From contig OY740805.1 of NCBI GenBank assembly GCA_963514005.1, positions 19,096,001-19,160,000 of the forward strand: a stretch of 64,000 bases of DNA. The letters are read 5' to 3'. The first letter of the stretch is position 1, and each line of letters opens with the position of its first letter. Shown piece after piece: positions 53,600 through 64,000 of the stretch. The translations under genes were made by a program, and so were the position numbers. This stretch comes from Raja brachyura (Eukaryota). The notes under the pieces are model-generated. The model worked only from the letters and a program-made list of their open reading frames with translations, made no database searches and was not told where the DNA came from.

Positions 53600-54430
53600 G
53601 ATAAAAGATAGTTCAGAGGTCTCCCATGTGGCAGGTGGGATGTAAGCTCTGCACTCTAGCTGGTGAATGGCCGTTCAGTCGGATGATGACAGCTGGAAAT
53701 AAACTGATCCTGAAAGTGGAGATATGGGTTTTCAAGAGTCTGTACCCTCCTGTCTGATGGGAGAGGGAAGATCAGGGAGTGAGCAGGGTGAGACTGGTCC
53801 TTAATTACATTGCTGGTCTTGCCGAGGCAGTGCGAAATGTAGATGGAGTGCATGTAAGGGGAATTGGTTTGTATGTTAATCTGAGCTACGTCCACAACTC
53901 CCTGCGATTTCTTGTGTATTTTAATGAAGCTTTTTCCAAACCAAGCTGTGACGGATCCCGATAAGATGCTTTCTACGGCGCATCAGTGTATGTTAGTGAG
54001 AGTTATTGGGGACATACCGAACCTCTTAGGCCTTCGGAGGAAATAGATGCATTGGTGCTTTCTTGGCTAGATGCATTGGTGCTTCGATGTGGCTGGTCCA
54101 AACCAAATGGCTGGTGACATTTATTCCGATGAACTCGAAGCTTTCGATCATCTCTGCTTCGGCACCACCAACGTTGACTGGGCTGTGTCTAATCTTTCCT
54201 TTCTTGAAGTCAATCACAACCTCCTTTGTCTTGCTGTCATTGAGTAATAGGTTGTTGCCTCGGCAGCAGGTTACAAGGTTCTAGATCTCTTTACTGTACT
54301 CATTCTTTCATTTTTCCATATCCGGCCCATTACAGTGGTATCGTCTTCGAAATGTATGTTTGGTTTGGTTGATATTCGGTTGACATTCTTGGGTTTATAG
54401 GGAGTATAGAAGGAGGCCGATTATGCATCC
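53600..54430 (-). mobile_element. Old Rex/Babar-like LINE fragment
   Basis: KTKEVVIDF, IKDQSHPAHSL..PLPS on the reverse strand. Confidence 0.7.
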
Positions 54431-54459
54431 TTAGCGTTGACAAATATCATAGTGGATAT

Positions 54460-54840
54460 AGCAGGCTAGGTTTGTATCTCTTCCAGCGCAGGAGACTGAG
54501 GGGTGGTCGTATAGAATTATATAAAATCCTAACAGGACATAGGACGAATACCAGGGTAACGGAGTCAAGAACTAGTCAATAAAGGTTAAAGATTAATGGA
54601 TTTAATAAGAACCTGAGGGACAACGTTCCACAAAGATGGCGGCGAGTATATTGAATGAGCTGCCAGAATATCTATTTGAGGCAAGCACAACAACTTTTAA
54701 AATACCTTTGTGCAGGTACACGGACGGGAAATGCGCGGAGGGTTATGCATCAAACGTGAGTAAATGGGAGTAGCTTAGATGGGCATCTTGGTCAGAATGG
54801 GCGTTTGCTGTTGGGCATATTTCCTGCATGTTTGACAATG
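54460..54840 (+). mobile_element. Old CR1 3' fragment
   Basis: RRLRGGRIELYKIL; decayed 3' end. Confidence 0.7.
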
Positions 54841-54849
54841 TATCTGCGG

Positions 54850-57720
54850 CGCCACTTCAGAGAGTTTGTTTTACTTAGCGAATGCAGTGCTCATTTCAGT
54901 ATTATCTATTCCTGTGTGTCCGCTATCTCTGACGAATCGCTAGTTGATTAAGTCATTTGTAAAATCATTTTGGAATACCTTCAATAACATGTGGACAGCA
55001 ATGCCTGCATAGCCAGCAAACCCATCTCTTAGGTCAGGAACACCGGTTGAATTCGTCACAGACAATTTGATCTTAAAATACGCTTTGCTATGCCTTAACG
55101 AATTCTCGTTCTCCTATCCTATCCTATACTAATATTTCCATAATACTTCTCACCAAAGATGGATAGACTGACCTACAGTTGCATCATTATGATTCCGTCT
55201 TATATGAAGAAAGCAGAAACAAGGTGTACTCTCCGGACTTCCAAAATTATTGTATTCCGATTTCCTCCAACTTTCCGCTCAGAATCGATAAACTGTCCCC
55301 ATTCAGGCCTGTTGCCGTACCTACTTTAAGTTCAACCAGCCAGTCTGTTATTTGTGTGCGAGAAATTCATATTGTATTCTGTGCCACACGTTTCCTTCGT
55401 TCACTGCAACCTCGGCAGCAATCCCTTGTCTGAAGCCGGCCAATCAAATGTATAATGTAATACCTGAGCTGTGACCTCTGAATCCTTGAGCAATTTTCCC
55501 AGGTTGCCCTGCAAGCATAGCAATAGATGGCTTCACGAAGTGGAATGAACTGCCACGTTTCATCTTCATAATCTGAATCGTAACTAAATATTCCCACATA
55601 TCACACAGCAAATATACACTTGTTCTCTGCTGCGCAAGGAGGTTCGGGTTTAGTTTTAGGTTTTTATTGTCACGTATAACGAGGAATAGTGAAAAGCTTT
55701 CTTTTGCAAGTTATCCAAACAAATCGAATGTACAAAACAAACACACAATCAGTTGCAACTGAAGTACAACGCAGAGGGGAAAGATGAAGATGCAGAATGC
55801 AGAATATCGTTCTCAGCGTTCTATGGTACCACTGTGCATCGGTTCCTAGGCCCACGTCCAATGTCTCAACGGGGCAGTAAAGCAGAAACACTAATTGACC
55901 GAAATTATAATCATCATAATCATAATCATACTCTATTAGCCAAGTATGTTTTGCAACATACGAGGAATTTAATTTGCCGTACAGTAATACCAATAAAAAG
56001 CAACAACACACAAAATACATGCAACATGAATATCCACCGCAGTGACTCCTCCGCATTCGTCACTGTGATGAAAGGCGAAAAAAGTTCACTGTGTCCCTTC
56101 TTTATCCTCCAGCGGTCGGGGGGCTCCAACTTTCCGTTGACGAGACGGTCTTACTCCCATAGCCGGCGGCGGGCCTCCTCGTCGGGGCGATCAAGCTCCT
56201 GCATTGGGGAGGGGGGGTCTCAGCTCCCCCTAGCCGGGCGATCTACGCCGGTTCGGGGCTATTCGAACGCCGTGTGGGTTTTTAAGCTTCCCGACGAGGG
56301 TCTAAATCCGTGACTGCGATTTCCTTGACGTTAAAGTCCGCAGGCCGCGGTTGGAGCGTCGATCCCAGGAAATTAATCGGCTCCGATGGTAAATCCATAT
56401 CCCGCAGTGGGGCTCAACGTCAGTCCCGAGCAAGGCCTCCACCTCCAAGATGTTAGGCCGCGGAGCGACCGACGGTACGATCCGAAAAACATTCGCATCT
56501 CCGGCAAGGTAAGAGATTGAAAAAATGTTTTCCTCGGTTTCCTCCCGCCCTCGGCCGCCCAGCCCCCACATAAAACAAACCAGAGAACATTAACACAAAC
56601 CTTTAAACAAACTAAAAATAAAAAAAGACTAAAAGTACAGACATATTGTAAGCGAGGCAGCATTCGAAGCGCCATTCAGTAGAACCCAATATCGTTGATA
56701 TAATTCCTGTACTCTCGCGTCGGTTATGATTTTTTATTCACAACTTTAGCCACCTGTATAATTGAAGAATGACGTCCATCGGCACTGCCCCTCGAGGGGA
56801 CATTTCAGCAGAGCTAGGCAAACAGGTACGTAAAACACATTCGCAGTAAAGGGAGCATTCTTGTAATTGCCTTGAGAGAGCCATGAGAAAGTCGTCACAA
56901 GCGTTTGCGTTCAAAACAGAGATGTCTGAACGAATGCTATGCAGAACATCTGATGAAGACGGACTCGCGATTTTTCGCTCAGTCGTTTTTATTCATTTTC
57001 TAAAACTTAAAAATATAATTGCCCAAAATGTCCACGTGACCACAAGGCAGGAGAACGAAATGCGGCAACAGTTGTAAATATAGTATTGGTGTTGTTGTAA
57101 ATAAACTGAAGGTTCGGTCAGCTTAATTATACTTTTGAATATGCAAAACGTAAGTAGTTCTCTGAACTATCGGATACGGCCTCTGCGAATGTTGATGAAA
57201 ATAGGGGCAGAATTTTGAAATTGAACATTCATTACAAAGGAACGTCATCGCAAAATTACTATCCTCCCTGTTTTCGTGGAGTCCTTTGCATTTTGGGATT
57301 CCCAGCTCTTTGAGTTCCAGTATAATTGAAGTGACATGGTCCTTAATATTTCCATCTGCAAATGGAAAGGGCTTCATAGCTTAATCAGTACCAGTCTCCT
57401 CAAGTTTAGCTCCATATAAGTTGTGTTGTCTTAAGCTTAATGTAAGTCTTTCCCGAAAGACTTAAATTATAGACTTACAGATAACCATAACATTAATATA
57501 ATGTTCATAATTCCCATGTGGGTACCACGCATTGAACCATAGAATTTTCAAACCATTCGTTGCTGTGCAGTTATGGTCTTCTTGACAAACCAACTGCGGT
57601 ACTTCATGCAATTCTGCCAAGTTTTCTGTGTAGCTGAGTTGGCTTTTATGTTGCATCAATGTAACTAATAGGAGAGTATTACATTTTGTATGATAAGCAA
57701 TAGAAATGAACAAAGAGAAG
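54850..57720 (-). pseudogene. Decayed LRR (+ possible 7TM) fossil, divergent from gene B, split by repeats at 55640-56675
   Basis: PNLQFIYNNTNTIFTTVAAF (57117-57058); Cys-rich N-terminal part in ORF 57462-57713; TM2/TM3-like remnants in ORF 55367-55597. Confidence 0.33.
55925..56675 (-). mobile_element. GC-rich non-autonomous repeat (same family as 20770-21425)
   Basis: Shared internal motifs; (ATCATA)n tail at 55905-55930. Confidence 0.55.
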
Positions 57721-57937
57721 TCATGACATTTGATCGAAAAATAGTTTTTAAGATGAACTTGCCTTCAATATGTTAGGCTCTTAGCCGATGAATGCGTGTT
57801 AAAGCGTCGACGACACAATGTTCCATAATTGTCGGGATTAGTTGCCGTAAACAACATGCAATTCCTCTGTGGGATCATTGGACTGGATAATTGCAATCGT
57901 TTCGCAGTTGTTATTTCACTGAGAGATTTCTCTGAAT

Positions 57938-57945
57938 TATAAATA
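57938..57945 (+). promoter_or_regulatory. TATA box (TATAAATA) of gene B
   Basis: Canonical sequence, 72 bp upstream of the ATG at 58010. Confidence 0.55.
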
Positions 57946-58009
57946 TGACTTAACTATGGGCCGATCAGCACATTTGTTCACCTCGACAGCAACGCAACTA
58001 CCATTCGAA

Positions 58010-58079
58010 ATGGGTATGAGTACAAAGAGATTGATGAGAAGTATTTACTATCCAATCCTTGTATCAATTGGTGTTCCGG
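58010..58079 (+). CDS. GPR139-like gene B exon 1 (MGMSTKRLMRSIYYPILVSIGVP)
   Basis: 70 nt; phase-1 donor G|GTAAGC. Confidence 0.88.
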
Positions 58080-58151
58080 GTAAGCCCCTTTTAGCACACG
58101 TGTCGATTTATTTTTTTGTCTTCTTGGCTTATGGACATTGGTATTTTTCAG

Positions 58152-58898
58152 CAAACCTATATTGTTTTACCAGGTGCCTATCAAGTAGTTGATGCAAATG
58201 TCGTTATAAACTATGTGATCTCTTGGTTATTTCCATGAACAATTTGATCGATTAAACTTTTATGCCTCGATAGTCGATGGGCTCAATGTTTGCAAGACAG
58301 TAAGATCATATCAGAGATTACAGGAGTGAGGTGTTCCTTAGTCATATTCTTGTATACGATAATCGATGTCGAGCATCAACTTCCAGAAATATTGAATACA
58401 GTTACTTTGGTCTGTGGTGGAAAAAGATGGTTCTGAGTCTGACATGCATGGAGAACACGTTATGGCTCTAAACATCCTCAAAGCGATTTGCTTCATTTTG
58501 ATTTTACGACTTCAATATCCAATAAAGGGAACCTTTTTGAAATGGAATGGAATACAATGGGTCTGTAGGAAAATGGACTGCAAATATTTATAGCAGATAT
58601 TGAAAATGGATGCCGTCCAATACCTATATGCCTGTAATAAATGGCAGTATTAGATTCTGCTGACGTTAAATGTCTTTGGTTATCTCAGATTCAACCAATC
58701 GACGATTATAATCCAGTAAATATATTCTCAGGATTCCTTCGTCATTGTTGGGAAATTTCGTTATTGAAGTATTTGAGTGCTTGCACAAACAATTTTATGT
58801 CTGCAGTAAACCAGGGTAAATACAGGCAAGAACTGAACAGTGCCGAAAAGGAAAATTTTGGATCAGCTGTCGAAGACATCAACGGAAACGGCAACTAG
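58152..58898 (+). pseudogene. Ancient decayed GPR139-like exon 2 inside the gene B intron
   Basis: Acceptor TTTTTCAG|CA AAC CTA (ANL); CDLLVI; TM7/helix 8 LLKYLSACTNNFMSAVNQGKYRQELN (~58761-58838). Confidence 0.7.
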
Positions 58899-58899
58899 C

Positions 58900-59330
58900 A
58901 AATATTATTTATTAAATAATAGTAAATAGTAAATATGTCCCAAAATAAGATAACGCGAGAATAATGTAGATGCCTTTATTTGTATTACACGAGTTTCCAA
59001 GTGTAGATGCTTTTCTTGTATCCAGAGAACACACAGGGAACAATGTTTCACACAATGTGTGATTTACGCTGACTGTCCGTTGGCTGCAAATTATTGTGTT
59101 GTTTTTTTTTATTGATTTCGTGGTCTTCGAATACGAAATTCACCTGTAAACCTGCCACAACACAGTCTTGAACAAAGATATCAACGGAAAAGAAATGTTC
59201 TCTAGACAGCGAAGGAACTGTCGCATTGGAGCAACGTAATTATCAAAGTTCAGGTCGAAATTAACATCATAAGCCACAGTGTATCCTTTTAAAACAACTG
59301 CCTCGGTGGCTGCTTTTTGTATGAAAGAAA
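58900..59330 (+). pseudogene. Decayed LRR fossil in the gene B intron
   Basis: VNMSQNKIT (58929-58955), then after a frameshift NVDAFICITRV. Confidence 0.4.
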
Positions 59331-59646
59331 TACGTAGCTGAATGGTATCTTGATCTCGAAGGCACCTGTGGGAAATCCTTAATTTCATAATAATTCTACG
59401 TCCATTTGTTAGTGTTGATGGATGCATGAGCGACAACAAATTGTCCCTGGTTTGTGTAGGGTAATGTTGATGTGCAAGGCTCGCCTTTCGGCGAGGACTT
59501 GGTGGGCCGAAATACCTGTTTCCGCGTTGTATCTCTAATCAAATAAGATACTGCACATTGGTTTAGAGATTTATAGATATGATTCAACTACTATTCATCG
59601 CTTCATAAGATAAACTTTAAAACCAATTTTATTTCTTGCTTTCCAG

Positions 59647-60575
59647 CTAATTTATTGGCAATTTGCATCATGTCCTCTGGAAATTGAGGACTGTCAAGAT
59701 GCATCACGAAATATCTGGTATGGATGGCCGCAGGTGATCTCATGCACTTGATAGTTGGCGCGCTTCTTTTCGAGTTGAAGGAGACATATTTTCCCCATGC
59801 GTTTCTCAATATTTCTCCAATTTGCCGTCTTAATATGGCCATGATTTATGTTGCAATTTATGGTTCTGTCTGGCTAACCGTGGCCTTCACATTTGATCGA
59901 TTGGTTGCAATTTGTTACCAGCCATTGCGCGCAAAATATTGTTCTGAGAAAAATGCAACAAGGGTTATAACAGTGGTTTGCTTCTTCTGCGTTTTGCAAA
60001 ATATTCCCGTTTTCTTTGTGTTTGAAGCTGGAGAAATAATTGACGGTGTCGCTTGGTTCTGTCGTATAAGGCCAAGCTTTTACACCTCGCCTATTTGGAA
60101 TGCATATTTCATGTCTGAAATAATTTTAACCCCAGTGATACCATTTGCCTTGATCATCGTGTTCAATGTCTTAACCATAAAGCATATTATAGTGGCGAAC
60201 AGAGTCAGAAGCAAACTCCGAGGAAATAATAATGAGAACGGTCAAGCCGACCGAGAAATTGAGAACAGAAGGAAATCAATTATTTTACTGCTCGCAATAT
60301 CTATTACTTCAATTATGTTATGGCTGGTAAATTTTGCTTGCTTCGTCTCAACGTTGTTTTCAGATAATGAATTGATGGAAGCCGGGGACAATGGCCCCTT
60401 TACCATTGTGGAAGAAATTGGGAACCAACTAAGATTTTTAAGTACGTGCACAAATACCTTCATTTACGCTGCCTCACAAAGGGGGTTTAGAGAAGAATTG
60501 AAGAATATGATGAAACGCCCTCTGATATTAATTACTAGATTACGTGGGTGTAGATCGCAAAAACACTTTATGTAA
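59647..60575 (+). pseudogene. GPR139-like gene B exon 2; otherwise intact but with in-frame TGA at 59685-59687
   Basis: Acceptor TTTCCAG|CT. Reads ANLLAICIMSSGN*GLSRCITKYLVWMAAGDL, then an open 283-aa frame with FTFDRL, ENRRKS, CTNTFIY. Confidence 0.9.
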
Positions 60576-60752
60576 CGTTAAATTAATTTCAATTGTTCGT
60601 CCGATATGCAGACCCAGGAGTCTCATAATGTACGATTTGATCACACACTGCATCTACTAAATTGAGTGGATTCATTTTTGGGTTTTTTCTCCAACACCGC
60701 CTGTAATGTCTGTACAAATCGGCAACCACGTAGAATGAATCTTTTGACGTGA

Positions 60753-60758
60753 AATAAA
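60753..60758 (+). promoter_or_regulatory. Candidate polyadenylation signal AATAAA of gene B
   Basis: ~180 bp after the stop codon. Confidence 0.5.
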
Positions 60759-60849
60759 ATACTTTGAAGAAATAGATTTTCTGACATTAAGTATCGTTTC
60801 GTTGAGGGATGGATTCTAAACTCTGTCAGCGTGAATTGCGATTGTTTTC

Positions 60850-61400
60850 AAGCAGGAACAGCAATAAATCAACAGAGGACAGAGGGGTTAATGAACATGG
60901 GGGAAAGGAGCATGAAAGAAAGCTTGCGGGGAATATAAAAACTTTAAACGTTTCTTCAGGTTTTTAAAAATGAAACGATTAGTGAAGACGAATATAGGTG
61001 CCTTACAGTCAGAGACAGTTGAATGTATATTGTGAAACAAGGAAATGGCAGAACAGTTAAACGAGTATTTTGGTTCTGTATTTTTTCCCCATCTCACCTT
61101 AAACCACTGGTTCTTGATTACCCTATTCTGGGTCAAAGGCTATCTGCACACACCTTTTCGGTTCTCATCATGACCCTATCTACCTCTATAAGATCACCCC
61201 GTATCCTCCCGCGCTACAAGGAATATAGTTGCAGCCTGCTCAACGTCCCATCCAGCTCAGCCCTCTGGGTTCTGGCAACATCTTCCCAACGGCGCTCTCT
61301 CCTTCTGTGCACCATCCTTCGAAGAGCCTGGTAAAGATAACTGAAAATAATACTCAAAACGCGACCTCGCCTATGTTTTGAGCATACTATCCAAACGTCT
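60850..61400. mobile_element. CR1 fragments (+ then -)
   Basis: NIGALQSETVE...EMAEQLNEYFGSVF on +; CR1 3' region on - from ~61090. Confidence 0.7.
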
Positions 61401-61842
61401 ATTTACTAATCTTAGATTTAGTTTGAGTTACTATTGTCACGTGAACCGAGGTGGAGAGAAAATCTTTGTTTTTCATGATATCCGATCAGCTCAGTTATTA
61501 CTATACAACTAGGCAATAAACAAAACTCAGGTACAATTGATCGAACAAAGTGGGCGATATACGGTGCTTAGACGAGAATTGCTACTATCTTTTCGAAGAA
61601 TTTTGAAGTGGCGTTAACAGGCTTTGAAGCAACATATACAGGTCTCATTTTTTATTCATTTCAAGTCCGATATATTGTTTTGCATCCAAAATTATGAAAC
61701 AAGAGAAATACCAAGATGCTTTTAGAATTCGATAGTAAGCTCCACGAAAACAATCTGCAGATTTATCTTTCTACTTCTGAAATGAACAACTTAACTTCAG
61801 TAGCTATAGATGTAATGTGTGTAGCATTACAGAACATATATT

Positions 61843-62744
61843 TTATTTCAATAGATGGTGCAGGAATGCAACAGGACGTCTGATCACATTATTTATTTCG
61901 TCTCTGAACTTTCTTTAAGACACCACGTAAATGAAGGTGTTTGTGCAAGTACTTAAACATCTTAACATATATCCAAATTGTTCTGCAACGATGAACGAGT
62001 CATTGTAATTTGTTTCCATAAACTGAGTGTTTGTAAACTGAACACATATGACGCAGGCAAAGATTACCACCCACAGCAGAAGAAAATTTCCAGATATTGC
62101 GACCAGTAAAATGATTGATTTCCTTCGGTTCTCCACCTCTTGGTCCTTCTGGTTCTTCTCACTGCTATTTCCTCGGAGTTTGCTCCTTATTGTATTAGCC
62201 ATGATGATATGTTTGATGGTTAATGAATTGAGCAGGAGAATCAACGCGAATGGTGCAAATGGTGTTAAGATGGTTTCGAACCAAAAGGATGCGGCCCAAA
62301 ACGGTGAGGTGTAGAAACTTGCTTTTACAAAACAGGACCACGGTACATTGTCAATTATTTCACGCGGTTCAAATATGAAGTAGAATTGAATATTTTGTAA
62401 AATGCTCAAACAGCAAACTGTTATTACAACTACTGATGCAATCTTTGGAGTGCAGTATCTTGTTCGCAGCTTCTGATATATAGCATCATGTCGATCAAAC
62501 GTGAAAGTGATAGTCAGCCAAACAGAGCAATCAATAGAAAAATAAAGCAGGGCCAGGTTCAGGCTACAAATAGGAGTGTAATTGAGGAATGAATGCGGAA
62601 AATATGCCCCTTTTATTTCATAAAGAATAGCGTCAAAGATTAAAACCAGAAGGTCAGCTGCTGCCATCCACACTAGATATCGCGAGATGCATCTAGAAAG
62701 GCCACACTTTCCACACGACAGGATGTATATTGTCATTATGTTAG
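61843..62744 (-). pseudogene. GPR139-like gene C exon 2; premature TAA at 61917-61915 removes helix 8; exon 1 not in window
   Basis: Acceptor GTTTTCAG|CT. Reads ANIMTIYILSCGKCGLSRC; FDRHDAI-YQ (one codon shorter than paralogues); ...FIYVVS*RKFRDEINNVIRRPVAFLHHLLK*. Confidence 0.88.
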
Positions 62745-62999
62745 CTGAAAACGAGAAAGTAAAATAAAACAAATTAACGATTCCCTTTTATCTGTGAACA
62801 ACACTAGCCAATCTCGTTGCAGCAATTTGTATTAACGTCACTCAAAGAATTTTGCTTCGACCTTGTGGAATAAAAATTCCATGAAAAATGGTTTACTTTT
62901 AGACCCGCTTCCTCGTTTATCACAACAGGTATCCAAACTGCAGACGTTTAAGTAAGATGGACAACTACGAACTTCAAAAGCACAATCATGTCCGATAGA

Positions 63000-64000
63000 G
63001 ATGTGCTGCAAGATGGCGCCTGCCTGGGGCGACTTTTGCGAAGCACCAGAACATAAAAGATTCACCTACAACTTCCAACAACTCACCCGCATCAGGGAAA
63101 CGGCAGAAGCCGGTGCTGTTTCGGACAAGCTGTTTAGGCACATGAAGGCTCTGGCGATTTCGAGATCTCCCGCAGCTGCGGGAGCCCCGGACATTAATCT
63201 TCCCGACGCTGGCTGTAAAACTCCCGACCCGACGGAGGAACGCAGGTACGGGACCCGGAAACTCCGGGATGACCTCCAGAGCCGACCAGCTGGATCTTCT
63301 AGGAACAACGGAGCAGGAGCTGCTGACTTTGAGGAAACCCCCGTTCGTTATGCACTTGTCCCACTTAGAAGACCTGAATAGGAACGCCTGGTGACCTTCC
63401 GCCCCACCCAAAGTTTCCGTGAGGTTCCGGGTGGTTTTGGTCACTCTCCCTAATAGTCGAAAGTGGTTTCCGCGTAGTCGAAGCTTCTTCTATCTTCCTG
63501 CGATTAAATCAACAAATTCATAACCGGCCCCGACTAAAAATAGGTTGCCGTTTGGTCGAAACCAGTGGAGTGGGGTTGCTTTTTACTTACAGGCAGTCGA
63601 AGGCAATCTCCTTCGCTGACCGGCCATTTTGATTGGCTCATTTGAGTTTTCAGCAAAGATCTCTGGTTTTCAGCACCTAGAAGATCCGCCTAAAGGTAAA
63701 ATGCCCGCTAACTTTATTAAACTTCTTAAAACTCTATCCACTCCTTCTCCTACCCCCTTCGCTCCCCTTCTCTCTTCCCTTCTTTCTCTCCTTCTCTCCC
63801 CTTCTCTCCCCTTCTTTTCCCATTCTCTCTCCCCATCTCTGTCCTTCTCTCCCCTTCCTTCCCCTTCTCTCCCTCCCTCCCGCGTTCTCGATAGGACTTA
63901 CCGTGCTCGGTGGCAGCCGTTTACCTTCCTGTTCAACGAGCGGACAGCGCTCCTCCGATCGCTGGCCCCCACCTTCGCGATGTGTTTGTGTGTGTGTGTG
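63000..64000. repeat. GC-rich interspersed repeat(s) with CT-rich low-complexity tract (63740-63880) and (TG)n at the window end
   Basis: Composition shift and simple repeats; family not identified. Confidence 0.45.

Noticed and set aside
57956-58009. Longer N-terminus for gene B from ATG 57956
   Set aside because: It lies only 18 bp after the start of the TATA box, probably upstream of the TSS. All paralogous first exons are 70 nt, matching ATG 58010.
4800-59330. LRR fragments as VLR-like donor cassettes for somatic assembly
   Set aside because: The fragments are full of stops and frameshifts, are long and collinear, and several run into 7TM motifs. No germline VLR-like gene or stalk was seen.
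60734-60780. SECIS element for the TGA in gene B
   Set aside because: ATGA...AAA spacing is present, but helix II does not pair up to a 3' GA, and the stretch overlaps the polyA signal.
62986-63444. Overlapping 126-152 aa ORFs
   Set aside because: GC-rich repeat sequence open on both strands with no recognisable domain.
1-64000. Prokaryotic systems (CRISPR array, operon, phage or defence genes)
   Set aside because: Spliced GPCR genes and vertebrate LINE/SINE content; no repeat-spacer array or dense prokaryotic coding.

Overview
Eukaryotic, repeat-rich vertebrate DNA. The repeat spectrum (CR1 with (TTTCTATG)n tails, V-SINE/HE1-type SINEs, Penelope, Rex/Babar) and the receptor family point to a cartilaginous fish, probably a skate or ray (inference). 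The window is part of a birth-and-death cluster of two-exon class A GPCR genes of the GPR139/GPR142-like type. It holds one apparently intact gene (- strand, exons 30345-30276 and 28166-27256, 326 aa), two near-intact copies each with a single nonsense codon, two decayed second exons and two orphan first exons. All four first exons have exactly 70 coding nt, and their donors and the acceptors are all phase 1. Much of the non-transposon DNA between and inside these genes translates, across stops and frameshifts, into leucine-rich-repeat (LRR) motifs, in several places followed by LGR-like 7TM motifs. This suggests a second, long-dead family of intronless LRR(-GPCR) genes that was co-duplicated with the cluster; this reading is by eye and needs profile-HMM confirmation. 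Other contents: a ~6 kb segmental duplication, nested Gypsy LTR elements, a chromovirus 3' end, an L1 flanked by a ~548 bp direct duplication, a non-autonomous DNA transposon with a TSD, Penelope termini with hammerhead-ribozyme motifs, and a 142-N assembly gap. No prokaryotic system, CRISPR array, rRNA or tRNA gene was found.
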